The position numbers were made by a program, and so were the translations under genes. From the NCBI GenBank assembly GCA_017471245.1, contig JAFUVB010000064.1, positions 49,270 through 113,269 on the forward strand: DNA of 64,000 nucleotides, given 5' to 3'. Of this stretch, positions 37,769 to 47,640 are shown in pieces (the first letter of the stretch is position 1; each line of letters opens with the position of its first letter). A model generated the notes under the pieces. It was not told the origin of the DNA. It made no database searches and saw only the letters and a program-made list of their open reading frames with translations. This DNA is from Prevotella sp. (GTDB taxonomy: Bacteria > Bacteroidota > Bacteroidia > Bacteroidales > Bacteroidaceae).

Positions 37769-39208
37769 ATGAATTACGGACAGTTTTTAAATATGGTTCC
37801 GGAAGCCACCTTGATGGCTATCCTGATAATTGCGTTCATCGCCGATTTCGCATCTGCCAAGAAAGCGGAGCGCAGGTGGTTCAATCCGCTTATGTGCATC
37901 ATGCTTCTTGCACAGACCGTGGTGACACTCTATTGCAATGAACCCGCTTCCGTGTTTGGTGAAATGTATGTAACCACTACTGCTGTTTCGGTGATGAAAA
38001 CCATTCTCACCGCCGGCACGTTGATTGTGGTGATTCAGGCTCGCCAATGGCTTAGTCGCCCCGACACCTCGTTCAAGGAGGGTGAGTTCTACATGCTTGT
38101 CGTTTCCACATTATTGGGAATGTACATGATGATGAGTGCTGGTCACTTCCTGATGTTCTTCCTCGGGCTCGAAATGGCAAGTGTTCCCATGGCATGCCTT
38201 GTGGCGCTCGACAAGTATCGCCACAATAGTGCTGAGGCATCTGCCAAGTATATCCTCACGGCAACATTCTCCAGCGGCATCATGCTCTATGGTATCTCGC
38301 TGATCTATGCAGCTGTAGGAACGCTCTACTTCGACATTGCCGCCGCACGTATACAGCAAACAGAGCACATCACATTGGCTATAGTTGGTCTGGTGTTCTT
38401 CTTCAGCGGACTGGGCTTCAAAATTTCGCTCGTGCCGTTCCACTTCTGGACTGCCGATACCTATCAGGGAGCACCCACAACCGTCACTGGCTATCTCAGT
38501 GTGGTATCAAAGGGTGCTGCGGCATTCACGCTCTGCGCCATCCTGATGAAGGTTTTCGGCTCTATGGTTCGCGAATGGGAGTACATGCTCTATATCGTTA
38601 TCGTGCTGAGTATTACCATTGCCAACCTCTTTGCCATCCGTCAGAATGAGCTGAAGCGCTTCATGGCATTCAGTTCCATCAGTCAGGCGGGCTATATCAT
38701 GCTGGCAGTGGTAGGCAATTCGCAGTTGGGCGTTGCAGCCTTGTCATATTACGTGTTGGTATATGTTGTTGCCAACCTCGCCGTGTTCACTGTAATCAGT
38801 GTCGTTGAGGAGAATAACAACGGACGCACAGACATGGCAGCATACGACGGTTTCTATACCACCAACCCCAAGCTCTCGTTCCTGATGACCATTGCCTTGT
38901 TCTCGCTCGCTGGTATTCCGCCGTTTGCCGGTATGTTCAGCAAGTTCTTCGTCTTCATGGCAGCTGCTCAGCAGGGTTCAACGATGGCATATTTCGTGGT
39001 GTTCATTGCCTTGATCAACACAGTGGTGTCGCTTTACTACTATCTGCTCATCGTGAAGGCGATGTATATCAGGCAGACCGACACTCCGCTTCCTACGTTC
39101 AAGAGTGATTTCAACACCAAGTTGGCATTGACAATATGCACTGTCGGCATCGCCATCTGTGGTGTATGCAGCCTGTTCTACAACTGGATTGCTTCAGCAG
39201 CACTTTAG
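37769..39208 (+). CDS. nuoN: NADH-quinone oxidoreductase subunit N
   Basis: [35 protein letters not shown] and SLAGIPP motifs. Confidence 0.96.
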   Translation: MNYGQFLNMVPEATLMAILIIAFIADFASAKKAERRWFNPLMCIMLLAQTVVTLYCNEPASVFGEMYVTTTAVSVMKTILTAGTLIVVIQARQWLSRPDTSFKEGEFYMLVVSTLLGMYMMMSAGHFLMFFLGLEMASVPMACLVALDKYRHNSAEASAKYILTATFSSGIMLYGISLIYAAVGTLYFDIAAARIQQTEHITLAIVGLVFFFSGLGFKISLVPFHFWTADTYQGAPTTVTGYLSVVSKGAAAFTLCAILMKVFGSMVREWEYMLYIVIVLSITIANLFAIRQNELKRFMAFSSISQAGYIMLAVVGNSQLGVAALSYYVLVYVVANLAVFTVISVVEENNNGRTDMAAYDGFYTTNPKLSFLMTIALFSLAGIPPFAGMFSKFFVFMAAAQQGSTMAYFVVFIALINTVVSLYYYLLIVKAMYIRQTDTPLPTFKSDFNTKLALTICTVGIAICGVCSLFYNWIASAAL

Positions 39209-39234
39209 TGCTGCAGCACATTTTCATAGTTTCC

Positions 39235-39276
39235 AAAGAGGGTGCTCCGTTTTTTTTCGAAGCATCCTCTTTTTTT
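39235..39276 (+). terminator. nuo operon terminator
   Basis: aaagagggtgct / agcatcctcttt stem followed by a T-run. Confidence 0.75.
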
Positions 39277-39428
39277 CGTGAATCTAAAGCCATGGTGTTC
39301 AGGTAATCATTGAAATTAGTCATCCATTTTTTCTGTTTTCTTAAATAATATGCTTAACTTTGCAGATTGAGAAAAAATGCCGTTTTTGTAGGCATGAAAT
39401 GAACTTTACACATAATCTTTAACGACCG

Positions 39429-41882
39429 ATGAGATACAAAACGTATGTTGTGGGCATGCTGCCTAAGCTGCTGCTTTCGCTTTTGATGTTTATGGCAACT
39501 GAAGCATGGGCAGGTAGCGATAAGGAAGCTTATCTCGATTTCCTTTATCAGTATATGCCGATGCCCGACAAGACAGATTATCCCCGTGACTTCTATCAGA
39601 AAAACATCGAGCTATCACTAAAGGCAAGAGCAGAAATGCCGTGGGGACAGCGCGTTCCAGAGCGTGAATTCCGCCATTTCGTGTTACCTGTCAGGGTGAA
39701 CAACGAGACGTTGGACAATGCCCGTGAGGTGTTTTTCTCTGAGTTGAAGGACAGGGTGAAAGATCTTTCCATGAAAGATGCCATACTGGAAGTTAACCAC
39801 TGGTGCCATGAGAAGGTGACCTATCGTCCTTCTGATGCGCGTACGAGCAGTCCGTTGGCATCCATTAAGACAGCATACGGCAGGTGTGGTGAGGAAAGCA
39901 CGTTCTTGGTGGCTGCCCTTCGCTCAGTGAGCATCCCTGCGCGGCAGGTGTATACACCGCGCTGGGCGCATACCGATGACAACCATGCATGGGTTGAGGC
40001 GTGGGCAGATGGCAATTGGTATTTCCTTGGAGCCTGCGAACCGGAGCCTGTTTTGAACTTAGGTTGGTTCAATGAGAGTGCTTCACGTGGCATGCTGATG
40101 CATACGAAGGTGTTCGGCGACTATCAGGGACCTGAGGAAGTGATGAGCAGAACGCCTTTCTTCACGGAGATCAACGTGATTGATCATTATGCTCCCACGT
40201 CGAAGCTTCAGGTGAAAGTGGTTGACGGAAAGGGATTTCCCGTGAACGATGCCACCGTGGAATTCAAGGTTTACAATTATGCGGAGTTCTATACAGTTGC
40301 CACCAGACAGACCGACAGTCGTGGTATTACATCGCTCACAGCCGGTCGCGGCGATATGTTGTTGTGGGTATCTAAGGGCAGCAGGTGTGCTTGTAAGAAG
40401 GTTTCGTTTAAGAAGAACGCACTGGTGGTAGTGACATTAGACGATAAGAAACTGGAAAAATCCATGGACTGGGACATCGTTCCGCCTCCCGTCAGTGTGG
40501 CACCGCCGGCCGTAACGGCTCAGATGCGCGCCGAAAACAATAGACGACTGGCAGAAGAAGATGCCATCCGCCAGGCTTATGAGGCCACGATGCCTGTTGA
40601 AGAGTGGCGCGGAAACCATGCTGTTATTCAGCAGTTCCTCGATGAAACGCGCAATGAGGTGATGGCGAAACGCCTTCTTACTGTGATTTCGAAGAAGGAT
40701 TTGCGCGACATTCCATTAGAGGTGTTGCGCGATAATGAGGTGGAAGAGGTGAACACATCTGATGTATATTGCCGCTATGTGCTGAATCCACGAGTTGAAA
40801 ATGAGTGGCTCACACCCTACAAGCATTTCTTCCGTGATAGAATGAGCGGTATTCACTCTCCAAGCGAGTTGGCGGAATGGTGCAAGGCTAACATTCGCTT
40901 GGTTGAAGGGCGCAATCCACAACAGCTTCGCATGCAGCCGATGAGCGTTTACGAGAATCGTTTCACAGATGAATTGGGTTTGAAGATATTCTTTGTGTCT
41001 GTTGCCCGAAGCCTTGGCATGCCCTCGCGCATCAATGAGGTGAACGGCAAGTTGCAGTATTATGAGCATGAACGATGGGTGGATGTGAATTTAGATGCTG
41101 AGAGCGGCACGGCGACAGCCGGAAAAGCCGGCAAAGCAGTGCTGAAACTCGATTACAAGCCAGTGGAATACTACGATAATCCCAAGTATTACATCCATTT
41201 CACGCTGAGCAAGATTGAAAACAGCAGGCTCCAGTTGCTCACTTATCCCGAGGAAGCCACATGGAAGAGCGATTTCGAGAAAGGCATTGAACTGGACGAA
41301 GGCACCTACATGCTTACTGTGGGTACGCGCATGGCAAGCGGAAAGGTGCTCGCTCACACGCAAATATTCGAAATGAAGGAGGGCGAGACACTGCGATTGC
41401 CATTCACGATGCGCGAGGATAGAGAGAATGTTCAGGTGATAGGCTCTCTCAACGCAGAGAATCTCTATCATGATCAGGCTACTGACACTGACAAGAGCCT
41501 GCTTTCAACCACCGGAAGAGGCTATTACGTGATCGGCATCGTAGCTCCAAACCACGAACCCACCAACCACACGCTGCGCGACATCAGTCTTTATAAGGAG
41601 GATTTCGAGAAGTGGGGACGCAAGATTGTGCTCCTGCTGAATGGTAATGACGATAATGGTCGCTTCAACTACAAGGAATTCAGCCAGCTGCCATCAACAG
41701 TTGTTTGGGGAACCGACCTCGACGGCAGTGTGATGAATGAAATCAGGGAGCAGATGAAACTCACTTCTTCCTCATTACCTGTATTCCTGATATGCGATAC
41801 CTTCAACCGTGTGGTCTATATTCATCAAGGATACACCATCGGAATGGGTGAACAATTGCTGAAGGTGATCAGAAAACTCTGA
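39429..41882 (+). CDS. Secreted transglutaminase-like domain protein
   Basis: GRCGEES...PARQVYTPRWAH.DDNHAWVE (catalytic Cys and His); second domain without the Cys (RFTDELGLKIFFVSVARSLGMPSRI); signal peptide. Confidence 0.85.
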   Translation: MRYKTYVVGMLPKLLLSLLMFMATEAWAGSDKEAYLDFLYQYMPMPDKTDYPRDFYQKNIELSLKARAEMPWGQRVPEREFRHFVLPVRVNNETLDNAREVFFSELKDRVKDLSMKDAILEVNHWCHEKVTYRPSDARTSSPLASIKTAYGRCGEESTFLVAALRSVSIPARQVYTPRWAHTDDNHAWVEAWADGNWYFLGACEPEPVLNLGWFNESASRGMLMHTKVFGDYQGPEEVMSRTPFFTEINVIDHYAPTSKLQVKVVDGKGFPVNDATVEFKVYNYAEFYTVATRQTDSRGITSLTAGRGDMLLWVSKGSRCACKKVSFKKNALVVVTLDDKKLEKSMDWDIVPPPVSVAPPAVTAQMRAENNRRLAEEDAIRQAYEATMPVEEWRGNHAVIQQFLDETRNEVMAKRLLTVISKKDLRDIPLEVLRDNEVEEVNTSDVYCRYVLNPRVENEWLTPYKHFFRDRMSGIHSPSELAEWCKANIRLVEGRNPQQLRMQPMSVYENRFTDELGLKIFFVSVARSLGMPSRINEVNGKLQYYEHERWVDVNLDAESGTATAGKAGKAVLKLDYKPVEYYDNPKYYIHFTLSKIENSRLQLLTYPEEATWKSDFEKGIELDEGTYMLTVGTRMASGKVLAHTQIFEMKEGETLRLPFTMREDRENVQVIGSLNAENLYHDQATDTDKSLLSTTGRGYYVIGIVAPNHEPTNHTLRDISLYKEDFEKWGRKIVLLLNGNDDNGRFNYKEFSQLPSTVVWGTDLDGSVMNEIREQMKLTSSSLPVFLICDTFNRVVYIHQGYTIGMGEQLLKVIRKL

Positions 41883-41909
41883 TTCAACGGCATACAAGAA
41901 AGCAGGATG

Positions 41910-42059
41910 AGGGCGTGTCAAAAAGAAACTACAACGGATTTCACGGATTTCACGGATGATTTAAGTTCTTGATTATGAGCATTACTTAAATCCGTAAATT
42001 CCGTGAAATCCGTTAAAATCCGTTGTTTCTACAGGAATATCTGTATTTTGACGCGCCCT
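41910..42059. repeat. Nested inverted-repeat element between convergent genes
   Basis: Outer agggcgtgtcaaaa (41910-41923) / ttttgacgcgccct (42046-42059); inner arms of 9-bp ACGGATTTC repeats and their reverse complement; central ttgattatgag. Confidence 0.85.
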
Positions 42060-42763
42060 TATTTTATGTTGTTGAGCACCGCCTTCACGGTTTCAGCGCT
42101 GGTTTCCTTCCTCCCGTTTTCCTGAAGCGAGGAGCAGGAACCATGAATCTCCACTGCTCCCGTCTCATCTAATATGCGACGTGCATTGGCGGCATTCACT
42201 CCGCCTCCTGGCATCACGATGAGCTGATGCGTTGCATCAGCTTTTCCCGCAGCAACCAATTCGCGCAGCAACGGGATTCCTGATTCGGCAGTAGCCTGCT
42301 GACCCGAGGTGAGAACACGGTTCACGCCCATTGAAATCAGCTGTTGTATGGCTTGGAGAGGCTCTTTGCAACAGTCGAAGGCGCGATGAAATGTAAATGG
42401 CTTACCGCCCGATGCCTCTATCAGTCGGCAGGTAGCCTCTCTGTCGATACGATTCTCACGAGTCAAGGCACCGCTCACTATGCCGTCGGCGTATGGCAGG
42501 GATGCTTTGATGTCGCGAATCATCACCGAAAGCTCTTCATCCGAATAGACGAAGTCGCCTTCTCGCGGTCTGATCAGCACATGAATTTTCAGCTTTGGGA
42601 ACATTTTCCTCACTTCCATCAACAATCCGAGTGAAGGAGTCAGTCCGTCGAGCGATAGGGCAGAGCATAGTTCGATGCGCTCAGCACCGCCTTCCACGGC
42701 ATTCATCACGCTCTGAAGCGAACCAGTGCATACCTCCAGAATTCTTTTTTCGTTGTTCATCAC
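42059..42763 (-). CDS. cutC: CutC-family protein (copper homeostasis annotation, TIM barrel)
   Basis: LEVC, GAERIELCSAL..DGLTPS, LIRPREGDF, TFHRAFD, RVLTSG and MPGGGV motifs. Confidence 0.94.
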   Translation of the reverse strand: MMNNEKRILEVCTGSLQSVMNAVEGGAERIELCSALSLDGLTPSLGLLMEVRKMFPKLKIHVLIRPREGDFVYSDEELSVMIRDIKASLPYADGIVSGALTRENRIDREATCRLIEASGGKPFTFHRAFDCCKEPLQAIQQLISMGVNRVLTSGQQATAESGIPLLRELVAAGKADATHQLIVMPGGGVNAANARRILDETGAVEIHGSCSSLQENGRKETSAETVKAVLNNIK

Positions 42764-44115
42764 TGTCGGTTGATTTGGATGATAAAGTCAGGCTGTGCGG
42801 TATAAGATGCCGGCATCTGCACGGTGAGTTCCTTTTTCTTCTTGTTGAAGGTATATCCTAACGGCTGCTTGCTGTCGAACACCACGACGGTCTTAGGTTT
42901 CTTGTCAATCGGCAGGGTGATGCTTTTGGTTTCTTCATGAAGTATATGAAGGAACAACCTGCTGTCTTTCTGTGTGACGACTCCCCATGATGGTTCTTCG
43001 GCATCGTATCTGTGTGTGCCATAGATGGTTTCGCCATAAGCGTTCAACCATTTTCCCATGCCTTTCAGCCGGTTCAGTGCCGTGGCAGGCAGTTCTCCAT
43101 TGGGTTGCGGACCGATGTTCATCAGCAAGTTACTGCCTTTGGCAGCAGCTCTCACTAATAGTTCGATCAATTCTTCCGTGGTTTTGTAGTTCTGGTCTGC
43201 CACTTTGTATCCCCACATGCCGTTCATGGTCTGGCACATCTCCAATGGGAGCGCACTGATTGTCTGATTCTCGGATAATCCAGCCTTGTTTTCTCCAGGC
43301 AGGTCGCGCTCGAACATTTGGAAATCTTCACCATCTATGGGGGTGATATGATGGTTGTTGCCCACAAGGCACTCCGGTTTCAGCGTGTGGATATAGTCGT
43401 AAAACTCGCTCATCTTCCAGTCGAAGGCGATGCTATCGCTGTCGTGATCCCAGTACCCATCAAACCAGAGCGCGCCAATGTCCTTATAGTTCATCAGCAA
43501 TTCTCTCACTTGATTCTTCATAAACTGGAAATAAGAGGGATATTTCTCCTTGTTTATTCGTGCTTTCTCCGTTGCCGGGCGGCCGTTCCAGTTCTTTGCC
43601 GACTCCCTTCCCGTGAAAAGCCCAGTCCTTCCTAATGGATAGTCTTCTCTCATCCAGTCGAGAATGGAATAATAGAGGTGCAGTTTCACGCCCTGTTCGT
43701 GGCAGGCATCAGCCAGTTCTTTCAGCACATCACGCTTGAACGGTGTGGCATCCACGATGTTGTATTTGTTTTCTGCCGTGTGGAACATGGAGAATCCGTC
43801 GTGGTGACGGCTGGTAAAGGTGATGTATCTGGCACCCGATTCCTTGATGGCACGCACCCATTCCCGTGCATCAAAGCGGATGGGGTAGAAGCAGCTGGCT
43901 GATTTTGCATACTCCTCCTGTTGCAGCTTTCCGCTATTCAGATACCATTCTCCTTGTGCAAACTCGCTGTATATGCCCCAGTGCAGAAATATGCCGAAGC
44001 GGAATCCGTCGAATTCTTGGCGTGCTTTCAGGTTTTCTTCCGAAGGAACATATTGTGCCGACAATGAGATGCATATCCCCGTCAGGCAAAAAAGCATCAG
44101 TAGTTTCTTTTTCAT
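42760..44115 (-). CDS. GH29 alpha-L-fucosidase
   Basis: FGIFLHWGIYS, TSRHHDGF, WFDG and NLLMNIGPQPNG motifs; signal peptide. Confidence 0.93.
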   Translation of the reverse strand: MKKKLLMLFCLTGICISLSAQYVPSEENLKARQEFDGFRFGIFLHWGIYSEFAQGEWYLNSGKLQQEEYAKSASCFYPIRFDAREWVRAIKESGARYITFTSRHHDGFSMFHTAENKYNIVDATPFKRDVLKELADACHEQGVKLHLYYSILDWMREDYPLGRTGLFTGRESAKNWNGRPATEKARINKEKYPSYFQFMKNQVRELLMNYKDIGALWFDGYWDHDSDSIAFDWKMSEFYDYIHTLKPECLVGNNHHITPIDGEDFQMFERDLPGENKAGLSENQTISALPLEMCQTMNGMWGYKVADQNYKTTEELIELLVRAAAKGSNLLMNIGPQPNGELPATALNRLKGMGKWLNAYGETIYGTHRYDAEEPSWGVVTQKDSRLFLHILHEETKSITLPIDKKPKTVVVFDSKQPLGYTFNKKKKELTVQMPASYTAQPDFIIQINRQ

Positions 44116-44217
44116 GATGTTTCAATTATCTTATGCAAAGATACGAAGAAGCGAATGAAATACAAAATAATACTCTCTTTTTGTTCAAAAATCATGGAAA
44201 ATCACTATCTTTGCTGC

Positions 44218-44709
44218 ATGAAAGATTTTGCGGCGATTGATTTTGAGACTGCCAACAACGAGCGAACCAGTGTTTGCAGTGTTGGCGTGGTTGTGGTGCG
44301 CGATGGGGAGATGGTTGATTCTTTCTATTCGCTCATTCAGCCTGAGCCGAACTATTATCTTTACTGGAACACCCGTGTGCATGGACTGACTTGTAGTGAT
44401 ACGGATGATGCCCCGGTTTTTCCCAAAGTGTGGGCAAATATAGAGCCAATCATCGAAGGACTGCCGCTGGTTGCCCATAACAAAGCATTCGATGAGAGTT
44501 GCCTGAAGGCGGTCTTCCGCTGCTATCAGATGGATTATCCCGACTATCCGTTCTTTTGCACGTGCATCGCATCGCGCCGCGCATTCCCCTTTGCACCAGA
44601 TCATCGTCTTGATACCATAGCAGAACTCTGCGGCTATCATCTGAAAAACCATCACCATGCCCTTGCCGACGCTGAGGCATGTGCCTGGATTGCGCGCGAG
44701 ATATTATAA
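44218..44709 (+). CDS. DEDDh 3'-5' exonuclease (DNA polymerase III epsilon-like; ORF track start 44155)
   Basis: AIDFETAN, VAHNKAFD and HHHALADAEAC motifs. Confidence 0.92.
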   Translation: MKDFAAIDFETANNERTSVCSVGVVVVRDGEMVDSFYSLIQPEPNYYLYWNTRVHGLTCSDTDDAPVFPKVWANIEPIIEGLPLVAHNKAFDESCLKAVFRCYQMDYPDYPFFCTCIASRRAFPFAPDHRLDTIAELCGYHLKNHHHALADAEACAWIAREIL

Positions 44710-44815
44710 GGTGTGGCTGGAGCGTCATATTTTTTACCTCCCTTAGTGTAAAAAAGCAGTTGTTGTGTAGATGAGTGTAAATTCTTGATTATCAATAGTT
44801 TTTATGTTTTTATGT

Positions 44816-45150
44816 GTTACCTGCTGCGTTACCTGCTGCGTTACCAACTGCGCGTTTGAAGAGTTAAGAATTAAGAGTTAAGAATTAAGAGTTAAGAATT
44901 AATTCACCAAACGCGCAGTTGGTAACGCAGCAGGTAACGCAGCGGGTAACGCAGCGTTTTGCATAAGTGACTGTGTAACAGTATTTTGTGCGTATCAACG
45001 TAGCAATTCCGTTTTTCTATAAGGAGTGTTGGAATCGGCACATTTAAAAAACCTAATGTTTCATGTTGCGAAACATTAGGTTTTGGAGTGCAAAAGCGTA
45101 TGTTTTAAAGCCTGAAACCTATGCTTTTTCGGGTTGAAAACTTATGTTTT
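44816..45150. repeat. Composite palindromic element copy 2: 43-bp inverted repeat, (AAGAGTT AAGAATT)3 loop and 22-bp-period array
   Basis: Arms 44816-44858 and 44908-44950 (1 mismatch); array cores at 45048, 45070, 45092, 45114 and 45136. Confidence 0.88.
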
Positions 45151-45180
45151 AAGTATGTGAGCACAATGATTTGATATATT

Positions 45181-45255
45181 AACAACGGATTATGCGGATT
45201 ATACGGATGTTTTCCAGTGCAGCCTCAATGCGTTCAATCCGTATAATCCGTTGTT
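45181..45255. repeat. Inverted repeat of ACGGATTAT-type 9-mers
   Basis: aacaacggattatgcggattatacggat ... aatccgtataatccgttgtt; related to the inner arms at 41931-42026. Confidence 0.75.
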
Positions 45256-45272
45256 CTTAATAGAAAAAGCTG

Positions 45273-47471
45273 CTATTCTGCCGTGAGTTCAAACACGCAG
45301 CTGTTGTAGTCTTTTTCCAACGGGAGATACAATCCCTGCTCTTTGAGCAGCTTGCCGCTGAACACTTTGCCGTCGAGTGGTGACGGATCGCTGCCCACTT
45401 TCACATTAAGCTCGCGCAGCCGGTAGTTCTTCGTGGCATCGAGACCTGCAAGATGGATACGCGGAGTCTTGATGTTGAAGAGGTACTGAATGCGATGTGT
45501 GAACAGCACGGCCTTGGTTTTCTGGTCGTTGGTATACATCAGCGAGGCGATGCCTTGGTTGTCGTAGGGCGAGATAAGGCGGTAGAGGTTGCCCAGCTGG
45601 ATGAGTTCGCGCAGCGGTTTGTAGTCGTTGATGGCGCGGCGGCACTGCTCTCGCTCGTCGTCGCTCATCTTTCGGGGCTGGAGTTCCATGCCGAGGCGTC
45701 CCGACATGGCCACGTCGGTGCGGAACTTGATAGGTGTGGAGCGACCGGTGTTCCAGTATGGCGAGTGGCCGATGTGCTGTGCCATGGCGTTTGAGGGGAA
45801 GAAGTAGCTGGTTCCCCACTGTATGAACACGCGCTGATAGGGGTCGTTGTTGTCGCTTGGCCAGAATTCCTCGAAGTAGGGCAGCAGTCCGTAGTTCACG
45901 CGACCACCTCCGCTGGAGCAGTCTTGTATCACCAGCTTGGGGTATTTGGCACGTATGCGCTCCAAGGTCTTGATGAGTCCGCGGTGGTATTCTATGTAGA
46001 GGTGGCTCTGTTTGTTGGCAGGCAGATAGCTGCTTCCGAAGTTCTGCAGGGAGCAGTTGGCATCATACTTGAAGTAGTATATGTCAGGATTCTCGGTCAT
46101 CAGGTCGTCCACCACCTTGAAAACGAAGTCCTGCACTTTGGGATTGCAGAGGTCGAGGAGCATCTGCGTGCCTCCGCGCCCCAGTTTCAGGTCGCGGTTC
46201 TTCTCCTGTAATACCCAGTCGGGGTGTTTTTCGAAGAATTCGCTCTTGGTGTTCGAGCTTTCCGGCTCTATCCAGAGCCCGAACTCTATGCCCAAGCTCT
46301 TGGCCTTCTTCACTAAAGAGGCGATGCCGTTGGGCAGTTTCTTCTTGTCTACCATCCAGTCGCCTAATGTGGTCACATCGTCGTTGCGCTGATACTTGTC
46401 GCCAAACCATCCGTCGTCCATCACGAAGAGCTCTCCGCCCATCTGCTTGATGTCGTCCATCATCTGGAACATGCCCTCTTCCTTGATGTCGAAGTAAACG
46501 CCTTCCCACGAATTGAGCAGTATCTTGCGCACCTGATCACCCTGATGGAGCCATCCTTCATAGCGCGCCCAGCGGTGGAAGTTGCGCGACACGCCGCTCA
46601 TGCCCTCGTTTGAGAGTGTGAAAGCGAGCTTCGGAGTGGTGAAAACCTCTTTGGGTTCGAGGATATACTCAGTGGTCTGCGGGTCGATGCCTGCATAGAA
46701 ATGCGCATATCGGTTGTCGCCGGAGTTGTTTACCCGCAGTTCGTAGTTCCCGCTCCAGCAGAGCGCCGCGCCGATAACGCGACCGCTGTTTTCAGAAGGT
46801 TTGCCGTCGAGCGAGATCATCATCTCAGGCGCGTCGTTGTGGGCATTGCGCGCGCCGTCGGAATTGCGCACGATCTTCAGTCCTGTTGTGATGGGTTCGC
46901 ATGTCGGATAGGTTTCTGCACTCCAGTTTCCGTGCATGTGAATCATGTAGAGGTTGCCTTGCGGTATGGCGAGATGACCAGAGTCGTAGCGTTTCAGGGT
47001 GATCGGCTTCTTCTCCTGGTGCGAAATCTCCGTCCATGTCTCAATCATGTCGACGGTTGAGTATGCTTTGTAGAAGATTTTCAGCGTCACCGGATACTTC
47101 TTATCGGTCATGGTGATGGTGGTGAGCGTGGCATTGCCTTCGGTGGAGGTGGTCACGTTGTCAACGGAAGGGTAGAGGGTCCATTGTCCGTCGGCATGCA
47201 ACACCTGGATGGCTGGCAGGTCCATCATGTCGTTTTGTCCGAATGCGGGGTACACTGTCTGTTTCAGGTCCATGCCGGTAGCCTTGATTTGCTCCACTTC
47301 TGCACCGTTGAGCTTCTCGCCGAAATAGGCGTAGCGCGGGCTTCCTCCTTCTTCCGCATACATCACTAATGATGTTTTGGGTGTGTTCACCACGATATTT
47401 CCCTTCCATGCATTGGCTGGAAGAATGCCGAACATGGCTGTAATCGCCATTGTAATGAATGTTTTCTTCAT
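45273..47471 (-). CDS. GH36 alpha-galactosidase (ORF track start 47570)
   Basis: LNSWEG, FVMDDGWFG, FGLWIEPE, YFKYDAN, CSSGGGR and WPSDN motifs; signal peptide. Confidence 0.95.
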   Translation of the reverse strand: MKKTFITMAITAMFGILPANAWKGNIVVNTPKTSLVMYAEEGGSPRYAYFGEKLNGAEVEQIKATGMDLKQTVYPAFGQNDMMDLPAIQVLHADGQWTLYPSVDNVTTSTEGNATLTTITMTDKKYPVTLKIFYKAYSTVDMIETWTEISHQEKKPITLKRYDSGHLAIPQGNLYMIHMHGNWSAETYPTCEPITTGLKIVRNSDGARNAHNDAPEMMISLDGKPSENSGRVIGAALCWSGNYELRVNNSGDNRYAHFYAGIDPQTTEYILEPKEVFTTPKLAFTLSNEGMSGVSRNFHRWARYEGWLHQGDQVRKILLNSWEGVYFDIKEEGMFQMMDDIKQMGGELFVMDDGWFGDKYQRNDDVTTLGDWMVDKKKLPNGIASLVKKAKSLGIEFGLWIEPESSNTKSEFFEKHPDWVLQEKNRDLKLGRGGTQMLLDLCNPKVQDFVFKVVDDLMTENPDIYYFKYDANCSLQNFGSSYLPANKQSHLYIEYHRGLIKTLERIRAKYPKLVIQDCSSGGGRVNYGLLPYFEEFWPSDNNDPYQRVFIQWGTSYFFPSNAMAQHIGHSPYWNTGRSTPIKFRTDVAMSGRLGMELQPRKMSDDEREQCRRAINDYKPLRELIQLGNLYRLISPYDNQGIASLMYTNDQKTKAVLFTHRIQYLFNIKTPRIHLAGLDATKNYRLRELNVKVGSDPSPLDGKVFSGKLLKEQGLYLPLEKDYNSCVFELTAE

Positions 47472-47640
47472 AGGTTGTTGATTAATGAATAATGAAAACG
47501 GCATGCCGTTGTTGATGAAACGGGGCGTGCTGTGTTTTGCAAATATATAAAATAAATGTGAAAAGCACAAGGCGAGAGCCGAAAAAAATCAAAAAAAGAC
47601 AAATTAGTATCGGCTTTTGGTATTATATTATCAGTGGCGG

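Noticed and set aside
42059-42763. CutC as choline TMA-lyase
   Set aside because: Name collision only: this is the ~230-aa TIM-barrel CutC, not the large glycyl-radical enzyme.
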